Virus record (IMG/VR): IMGVR_UViG_3300032268_000986
Location: 62,001 to 126,000 of that record
Length of the DNA stretch: 64,000 nt
Reading direction: 5' to 3' (one strand)
A program made the position numbers and the translations under genes. Each line of letters begins with the position of its first letter. The stretch's first letter is position 1. Under the pieces are notes generated by a model. It ran no database searches. It had not been told where the DNA came from and saw only the letters and a program-made list of their open reading frames with translations. Shown piece by piece: positions 9,768 through 19,214 of the stretch.

Positions 9768-10807
9768 GTCAATGCCTTTGCAATAGTTTCAACTTCACTG
9801 TCGGTCAGTGTGTGTTGGTTGGGAACAGTAAATGAAATGTCTCTCAGATACTGACTGTTAGTCAAGCTGTTGTTGGATGTGTATATAGTTTCGTCAGCAA
9901 CCAACAAGTTATAATGTACTGGACAATCAATGCCACGATTTTTAAAATGTTTGACCACATGATCTCTATCTTTGGCCTGAAATACCAATTTACTAAATGT
10001 GTTTTGATCTAGACCAAAATCGTTGGCACAAGCATGCCTGCTGTGATCACGCAGGTATTGTGCTATCTGGGTTCTTCTTTGAAGCCACCGCGGCGCATAC
10101 TTTAGTCCAGTGAGCACTGCTGCAACCTCAAAGCTACTCATCATGCTGTTGAGTCCTGGTCCCATGGACATCTGACTATTTTTGAGTTTACCATGCAGTC
10201 TAAGTGTACGACATCGGTTGGCCAAGTAGTCACTGTCAGTCAACACAGCACCTCCACTGCCCCAACTACTGACAGTTTTACTTGGACTAAAACTCAAACA
10301 ACTCAACATGCCGTGTTGTGCCGAGTACTTGCCTTGTGAGATACTTTCAAGACTTTGAGCAGCATCCACAATAACCGGCACCCCCAGTTCTTGCAGTTTC
10401 TGGTGAGAAGACATGTTACCAAACAAGTCGACTGCAACCACTGCTGCCGAAGACTTTGGAATGCCGGCAGCATCTATGCAATAAGTCGAATCAACATCCA
10501 CAGCAACTACTTCATGGCCAGCACGTTTGATTGCATGTGCGCTGGCAGTAAATGTATAATTGCTCACAGCAATGTTTGAACCCCTGGGAAGCTCTATGGC
10601 CTGAATGGCAATATCCAAGGCGTCGGTGCCACAGCCTGTGGTGATACAATGTTTTCTACCAAGGTGCTGAGCCAGCTGTTGTTCCAACGTCTCGGTCAAT
10701 GGCCCGTTTTGTGCATACCCCTGAGCATGCATACTGTTGGCCAATTCAGTTATTTCGTTACCTATGCTGCTCCAAATTCGATCGTTTTGAAATAGCTTAA
10801 TTGACAT
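9764..10807 (-). CDS. DegT/DnrJ/EryC1/StrS sugar aminotransferase
   Basis: GTDAL, VDAAQS, SFSPSKTVSSWGSGG (PLP lysine). Confidence 0.92.
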   Translation of the reverse strand: MSIKLFQNDRIWSSIGNEITELANSMHAQGYAQNGPLTETLEQQLAQHLGRKHCITTGCGTDALDIAIQAIELPRGSNIAVSNYTFTASAHAIKRAGHEVVAVDVDSTYCIDAAGIPKSSAAVVAVDLFGNMSSHQKLQELGVPVIVDAAQSLESISQGKYSAQHGMLSCLSFSPSKTVSSWGSGGAVLTDSDYLANRCRTLRLHGKLKNSQMSMGPGLNSMMSSFEVAAVLTGLKYAPRWLQRRTQIAQYLRDHSRHACANDFGLDQNTFSKLVFQAKDRDHVVKHFKNRGIDCPVHYNLLVADETIYTSNNSLTNSQYLRDISFTVPNQHTLTDSEVETIAKALT

Positions 10808-11429
10808 TTTTTTGAACAATGGTAAAAGCTTCGGCAAGTTCAGATCCAGACCTCAAACCGTTGTAGTGGTTGCACAGACGAATATCGGCAACTTGTGAGG
10901 CTGACAACGCACTGGGGTAACATTCCAAAAGGCGTTGTTTGAATAGCCAAGGCTCGCCACTGATGTTATAGAACAGGTTGGCAGTGTTCTCTTTGTATCG
11001 CAAAGAATACGGATAGCTATCCATTAACCATATTTCCTTGGCCATTTTGGCCAGTACCGGATACACAAGATGGTAAGTGGCACGATGATCCTGATGACTG
11101 TCTTGTGGGTTGGGAATAATTGCAATATCGCACGGCTCAAGCAACTTGCTGATCCTGGTCATTGTGATATTATCTGCTATCAAGCAGGGTCTCAAATTTG
11201 GATGCAAATCAGTGTCAAACATTCTTAACTCAAACCCGCTTGACCGGTAACTATTTTCAAGTTCAGCCCGCACAATGGATTGAGTTCGATTGGGATTGGC
11301 CTCGCCGCTGGGCTTGACAGTGACCACTGACACGATGGAATAACCTTGATCTTGCAGACGTTTCAATGTGCCCGAACATGAAATCTCTAGGTCATCAGGG
11401 TGTGCAGATACTACCAATACTTTCTTCAT
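10797..11429 (-). CDS. PIG-L/LmbE family N-acetyl deacetylase
   Basis: AHPDD and DSHQDH zinc motifs, C-terminal AEAF. Confidence 0.9.
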   Translation of the reverse strand: MKKVLVVSAHPDDLEISCSGTLKRLQDQGYSIVSVVTVKPSGEANPNRTQSIVRAELENSYRSSGFELRMFDTDLHPNLRPCLIADNITMTRISKLLEPCDIAIIPNPQDSHQDHRATYHLVYPVLAKMAKEIWLMDSYPYSLRYKENTANLFYNISGEPWLFKQRLLECYPSALSASQVADIRLCNHYNGLRSGSELAEAFTIVQKNVN

Positions 11430-11704
11430 TTGTTACCCCATTTCATTTGATACCATACGTATACTTGTTCATCCATCACAGTGAAGTCACCGGCTCTGCT
11501 GTAATCCCAATACCGTCCGTTTTTGTATATTCCTGCATGCCCAAAACTTTTGAGCAGCCAATTCTCTGCTGCCATTCCAGGCCAGCCTTTGAATTTGTAC
11601 AACGTCATGGGCACAAACTTCTCACCGTCCCATACTTGTTTCCGCACAGGAGGCGGTAGTGTGACTTCTGCATCCGCATATTCTATTTGTTGAGTCCACC
11701 CCAT
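11426..11704 (-). CDS. Hypothetical protein
   Basis: ORF coupled to neighbours by overlapping start/stop. Confidence 0.6.
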   Translation of the reverse strand: MGWTQQIEYADAEVTLPPPVRKQVWDGEKFVPMTLYKFKGWPGMAAENWLLKSFGHAGIYKNGRYWDYSRAGDFTVMDEQVYVWYQMKWGNK

Positions 11705-12033
11705 TTGAGCCTCCAGAATGTTTCGTGTTGTTCGCTGACACGAGCCATGATACGATACACATGTCCATAACTGTAAGGGTCAACTGCACGAATCCAATAA
11801 GGTTTTTCCACAGCATGTTCCATCACAAACTTACCAGCATCGGTTTGCTGCCAGTCCCAGATTGGACTGGCTATCATCAGATCAGGATCTTCAACATCGC
11901 CCATGCGGATTTCCAGCACACATACATCGCGAAAACACACTGGTCGATCATCGATGAGTTTTACTTCTTCGGCCTGCCAGTGCGTATATTCGGCTAGTTC
12001 GTTATGTGTCATTGCCATAACATATTTTAGCAA
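11683..12033 (-). CDS. Hypothetical protein
   Basis: ORF in co-directional run; start uncertain. Confidence 0.6.
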   Translation of the reverse strand: MLKYVMAMTHNELAEYTHWQAEEVKLIDDRPVCFRDVCVLEIRMGDVEDPDLMIASPIWDWQQTDAGKFVMEHAVEKPYWIRAVDPYSYGHVYRIMARVSEQHETFWRLKWGGLNK

Positions 12034-12054
12034 ATTATTTTATCAAGGTCAAAT

Positions 12055-13029
12055 TCATTGGAGAAATCTTAGCTGATTTATTTTTTTGAGAATTGCGGCG
12101 GTGTAAAATTCATGAGTTTTTGGTCCAGGGTGCTGTTGATCATGGGCTATGTCTGGCCATGGTTGATCTTGGTCTCTTCCCCATAACTGATACAGCATGA
12201 GATAATCCACATCGGTATCTTTTATATAATTGAACAAAGTACCATCATCTAACATTGATACTAGCAGTAGTTTTGCCTTGATTTTCTTGCAGTAGTTGAT
12301 CACTTGAAACATAGACACCACGGATCTATATTTCACATCTTCGCTGATAAAATAATCAAAATCAAGTTCGTGACCGGGTGTTTGTTTTGTGTATGTCGAT
12401 GCTCTGACGTTGGATAATTTGCCGTTGTAAAAATGTGGAATTCTTGGCAAGGTAGTAACTCCCCAAACCACTAGATCATTTTCACGTATGTCTGATCTTA
12501 GAATTTGATCAGCTGCCCATACCACTGAGCTGCCGGGTGTAGTTAAAAAACTCACTGGCAAATTCAATTGATTGGACAATAGATGACCATAGCGTTGATC
12601 TAGTTCAACACCGGTGCCATGACTGAAACTACATCCTGCTATCCACAGTTGTTGATCATTGGTTTTTCTTGTGTCCACTAGCTGTAACATTTCCGGCTTG
12701 TCGTCGGGAGACTCAACAGCAAAGTTTTCAACTTGAGTATAAAAGCTGAAAACTGACAAATAGTCTTCAAGCCAGGTTTTCATAATGCTCTTGCCGTTTT
12801 TGCTGTCACTCCACTGATTGTCAGGCGGCGGCGAATACACAACACAATCAGCACTGCGCAAAACCGTGGCCAAGTGTGTTATATCACCCAGGTCTCCCAG
12901 ACTGGTATAGTATGTGCCTGGTGCTAGATCTTTGTAATTTTGCTGGGTGATTAATTGCGAGTCTGGATCAGCTGCCCGGACCTGTTGGCTCAAGTACTCA
13001 GACACATCACCGAGGTATACTGTGATCAT
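12055..13029 (-). CDS. Hypothetical protein with SGNH-like C-terminal domain
   Basis: IAGCSFSHG and DxxHPG motifs. Confidence 0.6.
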   Translation of the reverse strand: MITVYLGDVSEYLSQQVRAADPDSQLITQQNYKDLAPGTYYTSLGDLGDITHLATVLRSADCVVYSPPPDNQWSDSKNGKSIMKTWLEDYLSVFSFYTQVENFAVESPDDKPEMLQLVDTRKTNDQQLWIAGCSFSHGTGVELDQRYGHLLSNQLNLPVSFLTTPGSSVVWAADQILRSDIRENDLVVWGVTTLPRIPHFYNGKLSNVRASTYTKQTPGHELDFDYFISEDVKYRSVVSMFQVINYCKKIKAKLLLVSMLDDGTLFNYIKDTDVDYLMLYQLWGRDQDQPWPDIAHDQQHPGPKTHEFYTAAILKKINQLRFLQ

Positions 13030-13715
13030 TGGCCGGCTATTGAGGATGCCAAGGGAAAAATTGCCGTAATTGCCCGAGCACAGGCACGAGCAACCTCTTG
13101 GTGTTCTTTTTGGGTGCCATTGCTGGCTCGTAATTCAATAAAGTGAATCCATGAACGTAGAGTACCATTCATGTACATACGGCTCACAGTGAGTCCTTCG
13201 GGCAACACAGCACGAGCTTGTTCTTTGGCAATACCGTTGTCAATGGCCCACTTGTACTCTTTTTTGACAGCATACAACACACGCTTCTGAGCACGTTCCC
13301 ACTCATATGCCAAGAGCCGTTGTGCCTCGTCTGTCATGTCAAACTCTACGCTGTTCTGTCGATTCTTGGTGTCCTGGAATCGTGCCTCACGTAGCACAAA
13401 CGCTTCATCGAGTTCAGCTGTAGGATCAGCATATCGCTGGGAGAACTCTTGAAAGCTGAAACTTCTGTGACGTAGAATCTGTCGGGCGATGTCACGGGTG
13501 GTGACAATTTCGCAACAGGCGGAGACCATTTCCAGTGGGCTCCAGTGTTGGTGTCGCACCAGGTACTGTATGAGTCGTTCGCTTGTTTCAGTGTTGAATT
13601 GGTTGGCTGGATTGGACACACGGGCGCAGTACGCAATGAGTTCTTGTGCATCTGTGATGCCCATGTTTGAGAATTCTGCTGTGGGTTGGCTGTGGGATAC
13701 AAGGGTAACATTCAT
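13026..13715 (-). CDS. thyX: FAD-dependent thymidylate synthase
   Basis: HWSPLE, RQILRHRSFSFQEFSQRY signature, EQARAVLP. Confidence 0.97.
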   Translation of the reverse strand: MNVTLVSHSQPTAEFSNMGITDAQELIAYCARVSNPANQFNTETSERLIQYLVRHQHWSPLEMVSACCEIVTTRDIARQILRHRSFSFQEFSQRYADPTAELDEAFVLREARFQDTKNRQNSVEFDMTDEAQRLLAYEWERAQKRVLYAVKKEYKWAIDNGIAKEQARAVLPEGLTVSRMYMNGTLRSWIHFIELRASNGTQKEHQEVARACARAITAIFPLASSIAGQ

Positions 13716-13903
13716 TGCTGTGCTTGGTAATAGGATAGCTCAGCAGTGGGAACCCATTCTTCAATGAGTCCACCTGCTTGAGTCATTTTGAGAAACGAAT
13801 AATCAGTAAAATCAAACTCACTGGATTTTACAATGCTCACCCACTCAACATCAGGTGCGCCTGGACCACGAACCAACGCTAATTCAGTTGCAGGTGCGGT
13901 CAT
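13712..13903 (-). CDS. Hypothetical protein
   Basis: ATGA-type overlaps with both neighbours. Confidence 0.45.
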   Translation of the reverse strand: MTAPATELALVRGPGAPDVEWVSIVKSSEFDFTDYSFLKMTQAGGLIEEWVPTAELSYYQAQQ

Positions 13904-14202
13904 AACTTGCTCAAAATTTTGTCAGTTGCAGGTTGTGCAATGGCCGCGACTGCTGCCGCGTCAACTACAAATTCAAGATCCACTACTTGTTCGCCAAGGT
14001 CTCCCAGTGTACGAGTTAGGAACAATTCTAGCTCGTCTACATCCAGGCCCTGCTTGCGAAGCGAGTGCAGATTGATAGTGCGCTGTCGGCGACCCTCTAG
14101 CTTGAGAATCACCTTTTTTAGGCACTCTAGCGGGATTTCAGTTTTGTCGACATCACCGATCAAACATTCCCACTTGCTGAGGAATTCATCACTGAACTGC
14201 AT
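13900..14202 (-). CDS. Hypothetical protein
   Basis: ORF in co-directional run. Confidence 0.65.
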   Translation of the reverse strand: MQFSDEFLSKWECLIGDVDKTEIPLECLKKVILKLEGRRQRTINLHSLRKQGLDVDELELFLTRTLGDLGEQVVDLEFVVDAAAVAAIAQPATDKILSKL

Positions 14203-14935
14203 CTGCAGACACTACCTGGCTCTTGGGTGGACGACCACGACGTGGTGATTTTTCACTTGCCGGGGCAACTGTTACATTGGGTGTGTCAACAAATCCTTGT
14301 AGGTTTACCTTGGGGTACATGCGCTGTGCATCTTTTTTCATTCTAGCAGCTTCGGCAATGAGACCCTTGGCCTCAATTTCCATCTTCTTGGCCTGACTCA
14401 ACATGTTGGTGGCAATTGAACGATCGTCTAGAGCATCAGTTGAGCTGGCCTGAACCGGTGGCTCATAGTTGGATGTTTGACGTTCCTGACCACGTTTGTA
14501 TTCAGCCTCGGCCTTGCGTTTGGTATAAGGGTCCACCATGCCGGAACTGTTGTCCAGTTCTTTGAGACGGTCAATTGCGGCCTGCCCAGTTTCCATCTCT
14601 TTGAGGATACGGTTGAGCTCATCAAGTTTGACATTGCTGGAAGCATTGGGAGTTACAATCACTTGATTGGTGGGAATCTTTTTAATCATGCCTTCATGAT
14701 GCAAGGCCACCAACTGCACACGACCATCTGGCAAAAGATTACGGTGCAACGCATCGGCCAGATTTGTGGCCTGTTGTCCAATTTCACTTTCCAGAGTTTT
14801 CATGATTGAGTCATGAATATGAGTGGGCAGTGTTTCGGGATAGATCACAAGGCACATGTGGTCCTCGTTGGGTACTTCTCGGAATAGGATGGCTACTTTT
14901 CGATCGCCATGTCTACCAATGTGTTTTAATGCCAT
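14189..14935 (-). CDS. Hypothetical protein with C-terminal AT-hook-like RGRP motif
   Basis: 248-aa ORF, SD aaggag, PRRGRPPK. Confidence 0.7.
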   Translation of the reverse strand: MALKHIGRHGDRKVAILFREVPNEDHMCLVIYPETLPTHIHDSIMKTLESEIGQQATNLADALHRNLLPDGRVQLVALHHEGMIKKIPTNQVIVTPNASSNVKLDELNRILKEMETGQAAIDRLKELDNSSGMVDPYTKRKAEAEYKRGQERQTSNYEPPVQASSTDALDDRSIATNMLSQAKKMEIEAKGLIAEAARMKKDAQRMYPKVNLQGFVDTPNVTVAPASEKSPRRGRPPKSQVVSADAVQ

Positions 14936-15174
14936 TATGCATCTCCTTGGGGTTGTTCCACGGGCTCGGGGCTCTGTCCTTGTTCAGCTTGAGCTGCTTC
15001 GGCTGCGGCCTGTTGCGCCTGAATGGAATTGGTAACAAACGTGTTCAGTTTGTTGTACAGTTCGCCTATTGACTGCATCTCGTCAGCTTTGAAAGCACCG
15101 CGAGTACATGCGGTGTCAATAATTGTGCAGACTGCACCTAGGTCTTGAAGTGTGAGTGATGTGGGGTTTTCCAT
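14935..15174 (-). CDS. Hypothetical protein
   Basis: ORF preceded by TAAATA 5 nt upstream of ATG. Confidence 0.7.
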   Translation of the reverse strand: MENPTSLTLQDLGAVCTIIDTACTRGAFKADEMQSIGELYNKLNTFVTNSIQAQQAAAEAAQAEQGQSPEPVEQPQGDA

Positions 15175-15212
15175 GCAGATATTTACTGCCGGAAAACCCC
15201 ACCGTGTTTTTT

Positions 15213-15407
15213 TCAGAGCTGTTTTGTGTGTACCAGTTGCTCAAACGTGTCCCACAAACGATCAAACTTTCGCTCGTAGTATTCGGCCAGCACTTTGAAA
15301 TCTTGAGTTTGGGCACCTTGCTCTACGTACATCTGGATGTCGTTGACAACTTTCCAACACTCCATGATTTCTTGCTCAAGATCAAAACGGTCTCGGGTCT
15401 TGATCAT
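15213..15407 (-). CDS. Hypothetical protein (MIKTRDRFDLEQ...)
   Basis: Internal ATG of track ORF. Confidence 0.6.
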   Translation of the reverse strand: MIKTRDRFDLEQEIMECWKVVNDIQMYVEQGAQTQDFKVLAEYYERKFDRLWDTFEQLVHTKQL

Positions 15408-15552
15408 CTCGGTCTCTTCGACCACCGGGGGGATTACGCCATTCATTTTTTGCTTCCTTTGCTTCATGTACAATCTTCTTTGCCAGGTCCCACAGTGGAA
15501 CAGCAAACCATCCTGCTACAAGTCCATAAACAAACCATTCAATCTGGATCAT
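15382..15552 (-). CDS. Small membrane protein
   Basis: Hydrophobic N-terminus; overlaps upstream stop. Confidence 0.5.
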   Translation of the reverse strand: MIQIEWFVYGLVAGWFAVPLWDLAKKIVHEAKEAKNEWRNPPGGRRDRDDQDPRPF

Positions 15553-15770
15553 AACACTCGACCCAAGCCCAGCCAAATCAGCTGATCCAACTCAGATTGA
15601 TACTCCTGACCCAGCCTACGCTTTTCATAGATTGCTCGCAGTACTTCTGTTCCGTTACCATACTCTACAGTACCGGTGCCACGCCGTTCTAGTTCTTCAA
15701 TTAAGTCGTCAGTGTCAAAATCTTCGAGCTCGACATCTACTTCAACTTCTTTGTAGATAGTTTTGTACAT
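15549..15770 (-). CDS. Hypothetical acidic protein
   Basis: ORF directly after SPFH gene. Confidence 0.65.
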   Translation of the reverse strand: MYKTIYKEVEVDVELEDFDTDDLIEELERRGTGTVEYGNGTEVLRAIYEKRRLGQEYQSELDQLIWLGLGRVL

Positions 15771-15771
15771 T

Positions 15772-16566
15772 TTACTTGGGCATCATGAGTGCATTGAAGT
15801 TTGAAGGCACCACAATGGTCTGAACTTGGCCGTTCTTGATACCTTCCGAGATATTGAGCATGGCCTGTGCCTGCATGAATGCAATTGACGCACCCGAGTT
15901 GTTGGCCAAGGCTGCCATACGTCGGCTTTCGGCCTGGGCTGTTTGCACTTCAACTTCCTTCTGCTTGAGTTCGTTCTTGCTACGAACCAGGGCATTGGCA
16001 CTCTCCACAACTGCATCTGCTGGCACAACATTACGAATCAGGACTTGGCTGATCATGATGGTGCCGTCCAGCTTTTCTTCTGCTAAGTTACGAATAATCT
16101 CGTCCTTAATGAAGTTTTCCATGTCGCTACGAGCGTCGGCCATGTCCAAGGCTTCGTACTTGCGAGCTGCCTTATAGATGGCATTGCGAGCATTTTGCAC
16201 AATGTAGTTGTACATCACATAGGTGTCGCCTTTGAACTCAGCATGGAAGGCCCGGTTCTTGGTGCTATACAGTTCGGCCACTTGTTGCGGGTTGATGTTA
16301 TAGACCACAACTGCATCAAAATCTTTCATTGTGCTGTTGTCTTTGGCCACCGGAGTCATGTCGTTCAATTGTACGTTGACATCCTTGATGGGAAAGGTCA
16401 AGACCTCGCCAATGATGGTTTGGTTAAAGCTACCCGGCAACAGTTCACCAGGTTGAACCTGCTTGTCAAAACCCACTCGCACACCGACTTCGCCGGTTTC
16501 AATACGAGTGCAACCTGCGGCCAAAACGGCAGCAGCCAAAATAGAGAGAGTGAAAATACGCTTCAT
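15772..16566 (-). CDS. SPFH/Band 7 (prohibitin-like) lipoprotein
   Basis: Lipobox LAAGC, IETGEVGVRV start of SPFH domain, coiled-coil C-terminus. Confidence 0.88.
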   Translation of the reverse strand: MKRIFTLSILAAAVLAAGCTRIETGEVGVRVGFDKQVQPGELLPGSFNQTIIGEVLTFPIKDVNVQLNDMTPVAKDNSTMKDFDAVVVYNINPQQVAELYSTKNRAFHAEFKGDTYVMYNYIVQNARNAIYKAARKYEALDMADARSDMENFIKDEIIRNLAEEKLDGTIMISQVLIRNVVPADAVVESANALVRSKNELKQKEVEVQTAQAESRRMAALANNSGASIAFMQAQAMLNISEGIKNGQVQTIVVPSNFNALMMPK

Positions 16567-16574
16567 GTGTGCCT

Positions 16575-16751
16575 TTAAAATAAAACTACCACGGCTGTCA
16601 TTGCCATCAACGCCAGCAGTGCAACAATTATACTGTACCCTATGCTTTTTGTCAAGGCTAGTTGTTCTTTTCCTTCCATCTTTCTCCAAGCAGTAATGCC
16701 AAAGTGAATCAACGCTGCCAGGACCGCAAATGCCAACCAAAGTCTAATCAT
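16575..16751 (-). CDS. 58-aa two-TM membrane protein (not in ORF track)
   Basis: Hand translation MIRLWLAFAVLAALIHFG...ALLALMAMTAVVVLF. Confidence 0.6.
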   Translation of the reverse strand: MIRLWLAFAVLAALIHFGITAWRKMEGKEQLALTKSIGYSIIVALLALMAMTAVVVLF

Positions 16752-16969
16752 AGTTCAACTCCAAAATGTTCTCTAATCTGTTTAGCAATGATAGCACCCA
16801 TATCATCATCACGGTGGCTATTTTTTAGTGATACTTGTTCACATTTCTGCACAATCAACTCGGCGAACTTTTCTGGATTATCAATTGTATACTGTGGCCA
16901 AGTGTGTTGATTACCACCATCATAATTCCCGCCAGCCTGTGCCCAAAGTTCTCGAATTCGTTCGTTCAT
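16748..16969 (-). CDS. Hypothetical phage protein (EKFAELIV family; paralogue of 48149..48349)
   Basis: SD aaggag; shared KFAELIVxxC motif. Confidence 0.7.
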   Translation of the reverse strand: MNERIRELWAQAGGNYDGGNQHTWPQYTIDNPEKFAELIVQKCEQVSLKNSHRDDDMGAIIAKQIREHFGVEL

Positions 16970-16980
16970 TTTGGCACTCC

Positions 16981-18264
16981 TTAGTTTTTCTCTTCCTCAT
17001 AGTAGGCGTATTGACCCCAGGGCGGAACAATGGTAGTGGTGCCATGCAAGATCCATACAGTGTCTGCATAATTCTCATCGCCCCACGAACCAAACGGGTA
17101 ACCATCTGTAAACACCACAAGACGCTTGGGCTCAATTTCTTCTGCCTTCAAGTAGTTGTAGATGGCATCAAAGTCTGTACCACCACCGCCCTTGACTTCG
17201 TAGTCGCAGATTGAATCCAAGTTGTCTGAATCATACTGAGCAGGATTGTATGCCTCAGTATCAAACGTGATCACATGAATTCGGTATGCCGGGAACGAGT
17301 CCATGATGCCTTGGATCTCACCCAAGAAGTCCTTGAGCATGGTCTCGCTGATCGAGCCCGAAGCGTCCAAGGCAACTGCAATGTCAATCATGGGATCCAG
17401 TTTCATGCCAGGCATGATGGCATCTTGGTGCCAGCCTTTGCGTCCGGCTCGCATCCAAGTGTAGTCGCTCTTGATGGTGCTCTCCAACTGCATGCGAAGC
17501 AGTTCGCGCCAGTTCATCTTGGGCTCAGTGAGCTCCTCGATCAGTCGCTTGACACCGGCTGGGATATTGCCGGCACCGTCCACTGTGGCCGCAGCCGCCA
17601 GCATGGCTTCTTTGATCTCGTCCTTGATGGCCTGGCGATCAGACTCGCTTAACCGGGGACGGCCTTTGCCACTGCCGTCAACTTCTTCTCCATCTCCATC
17701 ACCGTCGGGGTCACCATTGCCGTCCAGGTGCTCGTCAATCATTTGATCCAGCAATTTGCCAATGTCAATTTTTTCGGCTTTTTCGTACAAGATATCGTAG
17801 ATCTCTTCCGAGCTCATGCCGTCATACTTGGGATCATGCAGGCAAGGCACTGTGGTGATCTTTTCACCCACCTTGTGTTTGATCAAGTCTGCGTTCACAG
17901 CAAAGTCATTGGCAATGTTAAACAGCTGAGGATCACGCTCACCACGACGTCCAAAGTGATCATAAACACAATGCAACACTTCGTGTCCAAACAAGAACTC
18001 AATCTCTTTGGGACGAAGCATCTGAATAAAGCGAGAATTGTAATAGAAATTTCTGCCATCAGTTGCGGCTGTGCCACACCATTCATCGGCATTTATCAGT
18101 TTGAGTCGAGTTGCCAAATTACCAAAGAAGCTGGCACGGAGCAACAGGCCCACACGAGCAGTGATCAGTTTTTCACGTACCTCGCGATCTATCTTGGGAT
18201 CAGTCTTGCCAATGAGATTTTTAAACTTGGCTTTGTCTTCTTTGTTAGCGGTGGTTGCAGTCAT
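16981..18264 (-). CDS. Metallopeptidase-like plus VWA domain protein (DUF2201 type)
   Basis: TAATDG, HEVLH, DASGS MIDAS, GGGGTDF, VFTDG. Confidence 0.9.
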   Translation of the reverse strand: MTATTANKEDKAKFKNLIGKTDPKIDREVREKLITARVGLLLRASFFGNLATRLKLINADEWCGTAATDGRNFYYNSRFIQMLRPKEIEFLFGHEVLHCVYDHFGRRGERDPQLFNIANDFAVNADLIKHKVGEKITTVPCLHDPKYDGMSSEEIYDILYEKAEKIDIGKLLDQMIDEHLDGNGDPDGDGDGEEVDGSGKGRPRLSESDRQAIKDEIKEAMLAAAATVDGAGNIPAGVKRLIEELTEPKMNWRELLRMQLESTIKSDYTWMRAGRKGWHQDAIMPGMKLDPMIDIAVALDASGSISETMLKDFLGEIQGIMDSFPAYRIHVITFDTEAYNPAQYDSDNLDSICDYEVKGGGGTDFDAIYNYLKAEEIEPKRLVVFTDGYPFGSWGDENYADTVWILHGTTTIVPPWGQYAYYEEEKN

Positions 18265-18311
18265 GCGAGTCCTTTGTTTGGTATGTGTATATTATAGCAG
18301 ATTGCAGTTTA

Positions 18312-18554
18312 TCAGTCAATGTCTGCAGAAACCCGGCCTTCCGCAGGGTCATATGTCAGGTAAACCTTGGTACTGTCACGGCCGCCTTGCTCATCGACCT
18401 TGTAGACCACAGTGTAGCAAAATTGTCCACCATTGGTGATGCCCAGGAACCGAGCACCTGTAAACTCCATGTCTTGAGCCTTTTTGTCCAGAGCCCGTTG
18501 CAGGGCCTGGTGTGTGAATGTTGTGAGTGTTTTGAGTTTCTCTGCTGTGATCAT
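18312..18554 (-). CDS. Hypothetical protein
   Basis: SD ggag before MITAEKL. Confidence 0.6.
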   Translation of the reverse strand: MITAEKLKTLTTFTHQALQRALDKKAQDMEFTGARFLGITNGGQFCYTVVYKVDEQGGRDSTKVYLTYDPAEGRVSADID

Positions 18555-18555
18555 A

Positions 18556-18834
18556 TCACATGCTCCAGTAAGTTTCGCTAGCCGGGTTGCAACACCAAGG
18601 TGTGTCTGCGTCAATCTCCACAGACTTGCCCGACATCAAATTCTTCACAGTGATCTTGGGAGCCTGGTAGGTGTCGCGAGCCACAATGTGCAATTGGCTT
18701 TCGTTCCAACCTGCTTTGCGGCAGAGTCGAGTGCGGGTGGCCTGTGCGGCACCCCAAGTTTTGTATGCACGGGTCTTGTTGGGACCGTCTGTAACAATTA
18801 AACCAGTACCTTTTGCAACAATCACATAACTCAT
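18556..18834 (-). CDS. Hypothetical protein
   Basis: SD aaggag and own promoter. Confidence 0.7.
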   Translation of the reverse strand: MSYVIVAKGTGLIVTDGPNKTRAYKTWGAAQATRTRLCRKAGWNESQLHIVARDTYQAPKITVKNLMSGKSVEIDADTPWCCNPASETYWSM

Positions 18835-18864
18835 TTGGGGCTCCTTTTTGCTGTCTATGTGTAT

Positions 18865-18893
18865 ATTATAGCAAAATGGCGAATTTCGGTCAA
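18865..18893 (-). promoter_or_regulatory. Sigma70-type promoter TTGACC-N17-TATAAT
   Basis: ggtcaa 18888-93 and attata 18865-70; same architecture at 21216-44, 21680-708, 21998-22026, 22916-44, 24453-81, 49183-211, 49577-605, 49980-50008. Confidence 0.85.
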
Positions 18894-18929
18894 CCAAAAA
18901 AAGTGTTGTAAAAATGTAACACTTTAGTA

Positions 18930-19214
18930 CTACAAATTCAAGTACTTTAGCTGGAACCAAGACTGTGCTGGTTCACTGTAAAAATCCAGATGAACCTGCT
19001 CTTCGTAGTACATGCTGGGACCATTGGGAGTTGGGGGTTCCGCTGGCACTAGGCCTTTGTGATAGCGATACACAAACCCCAGCTCACGTCGCATGCGTGG
19101 GCGTATGGCCATGCCCATGCCGTAGTCTCGTAGAATCTGAGCATACACATCCGACCACTCTCCAGGCCGGTGAAAAACAATCAAGTTCTTTTTTACGGTG
19201 ATACGGGGTGGCAT
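18930..19214 (-). CDS. Hypothetical protein
   Basis: ORF in co-directional run. Confidence 0.6.
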   Translation of the reverse strand: MPPRITVKKNLIVFHRPGEWSDVYAQILRDYGMGMAIRPRMRRELGFVYRYHKGLVPAEPPTPNGPSMYYEEQVHLDFYSEPAQSWFQLKYLNL

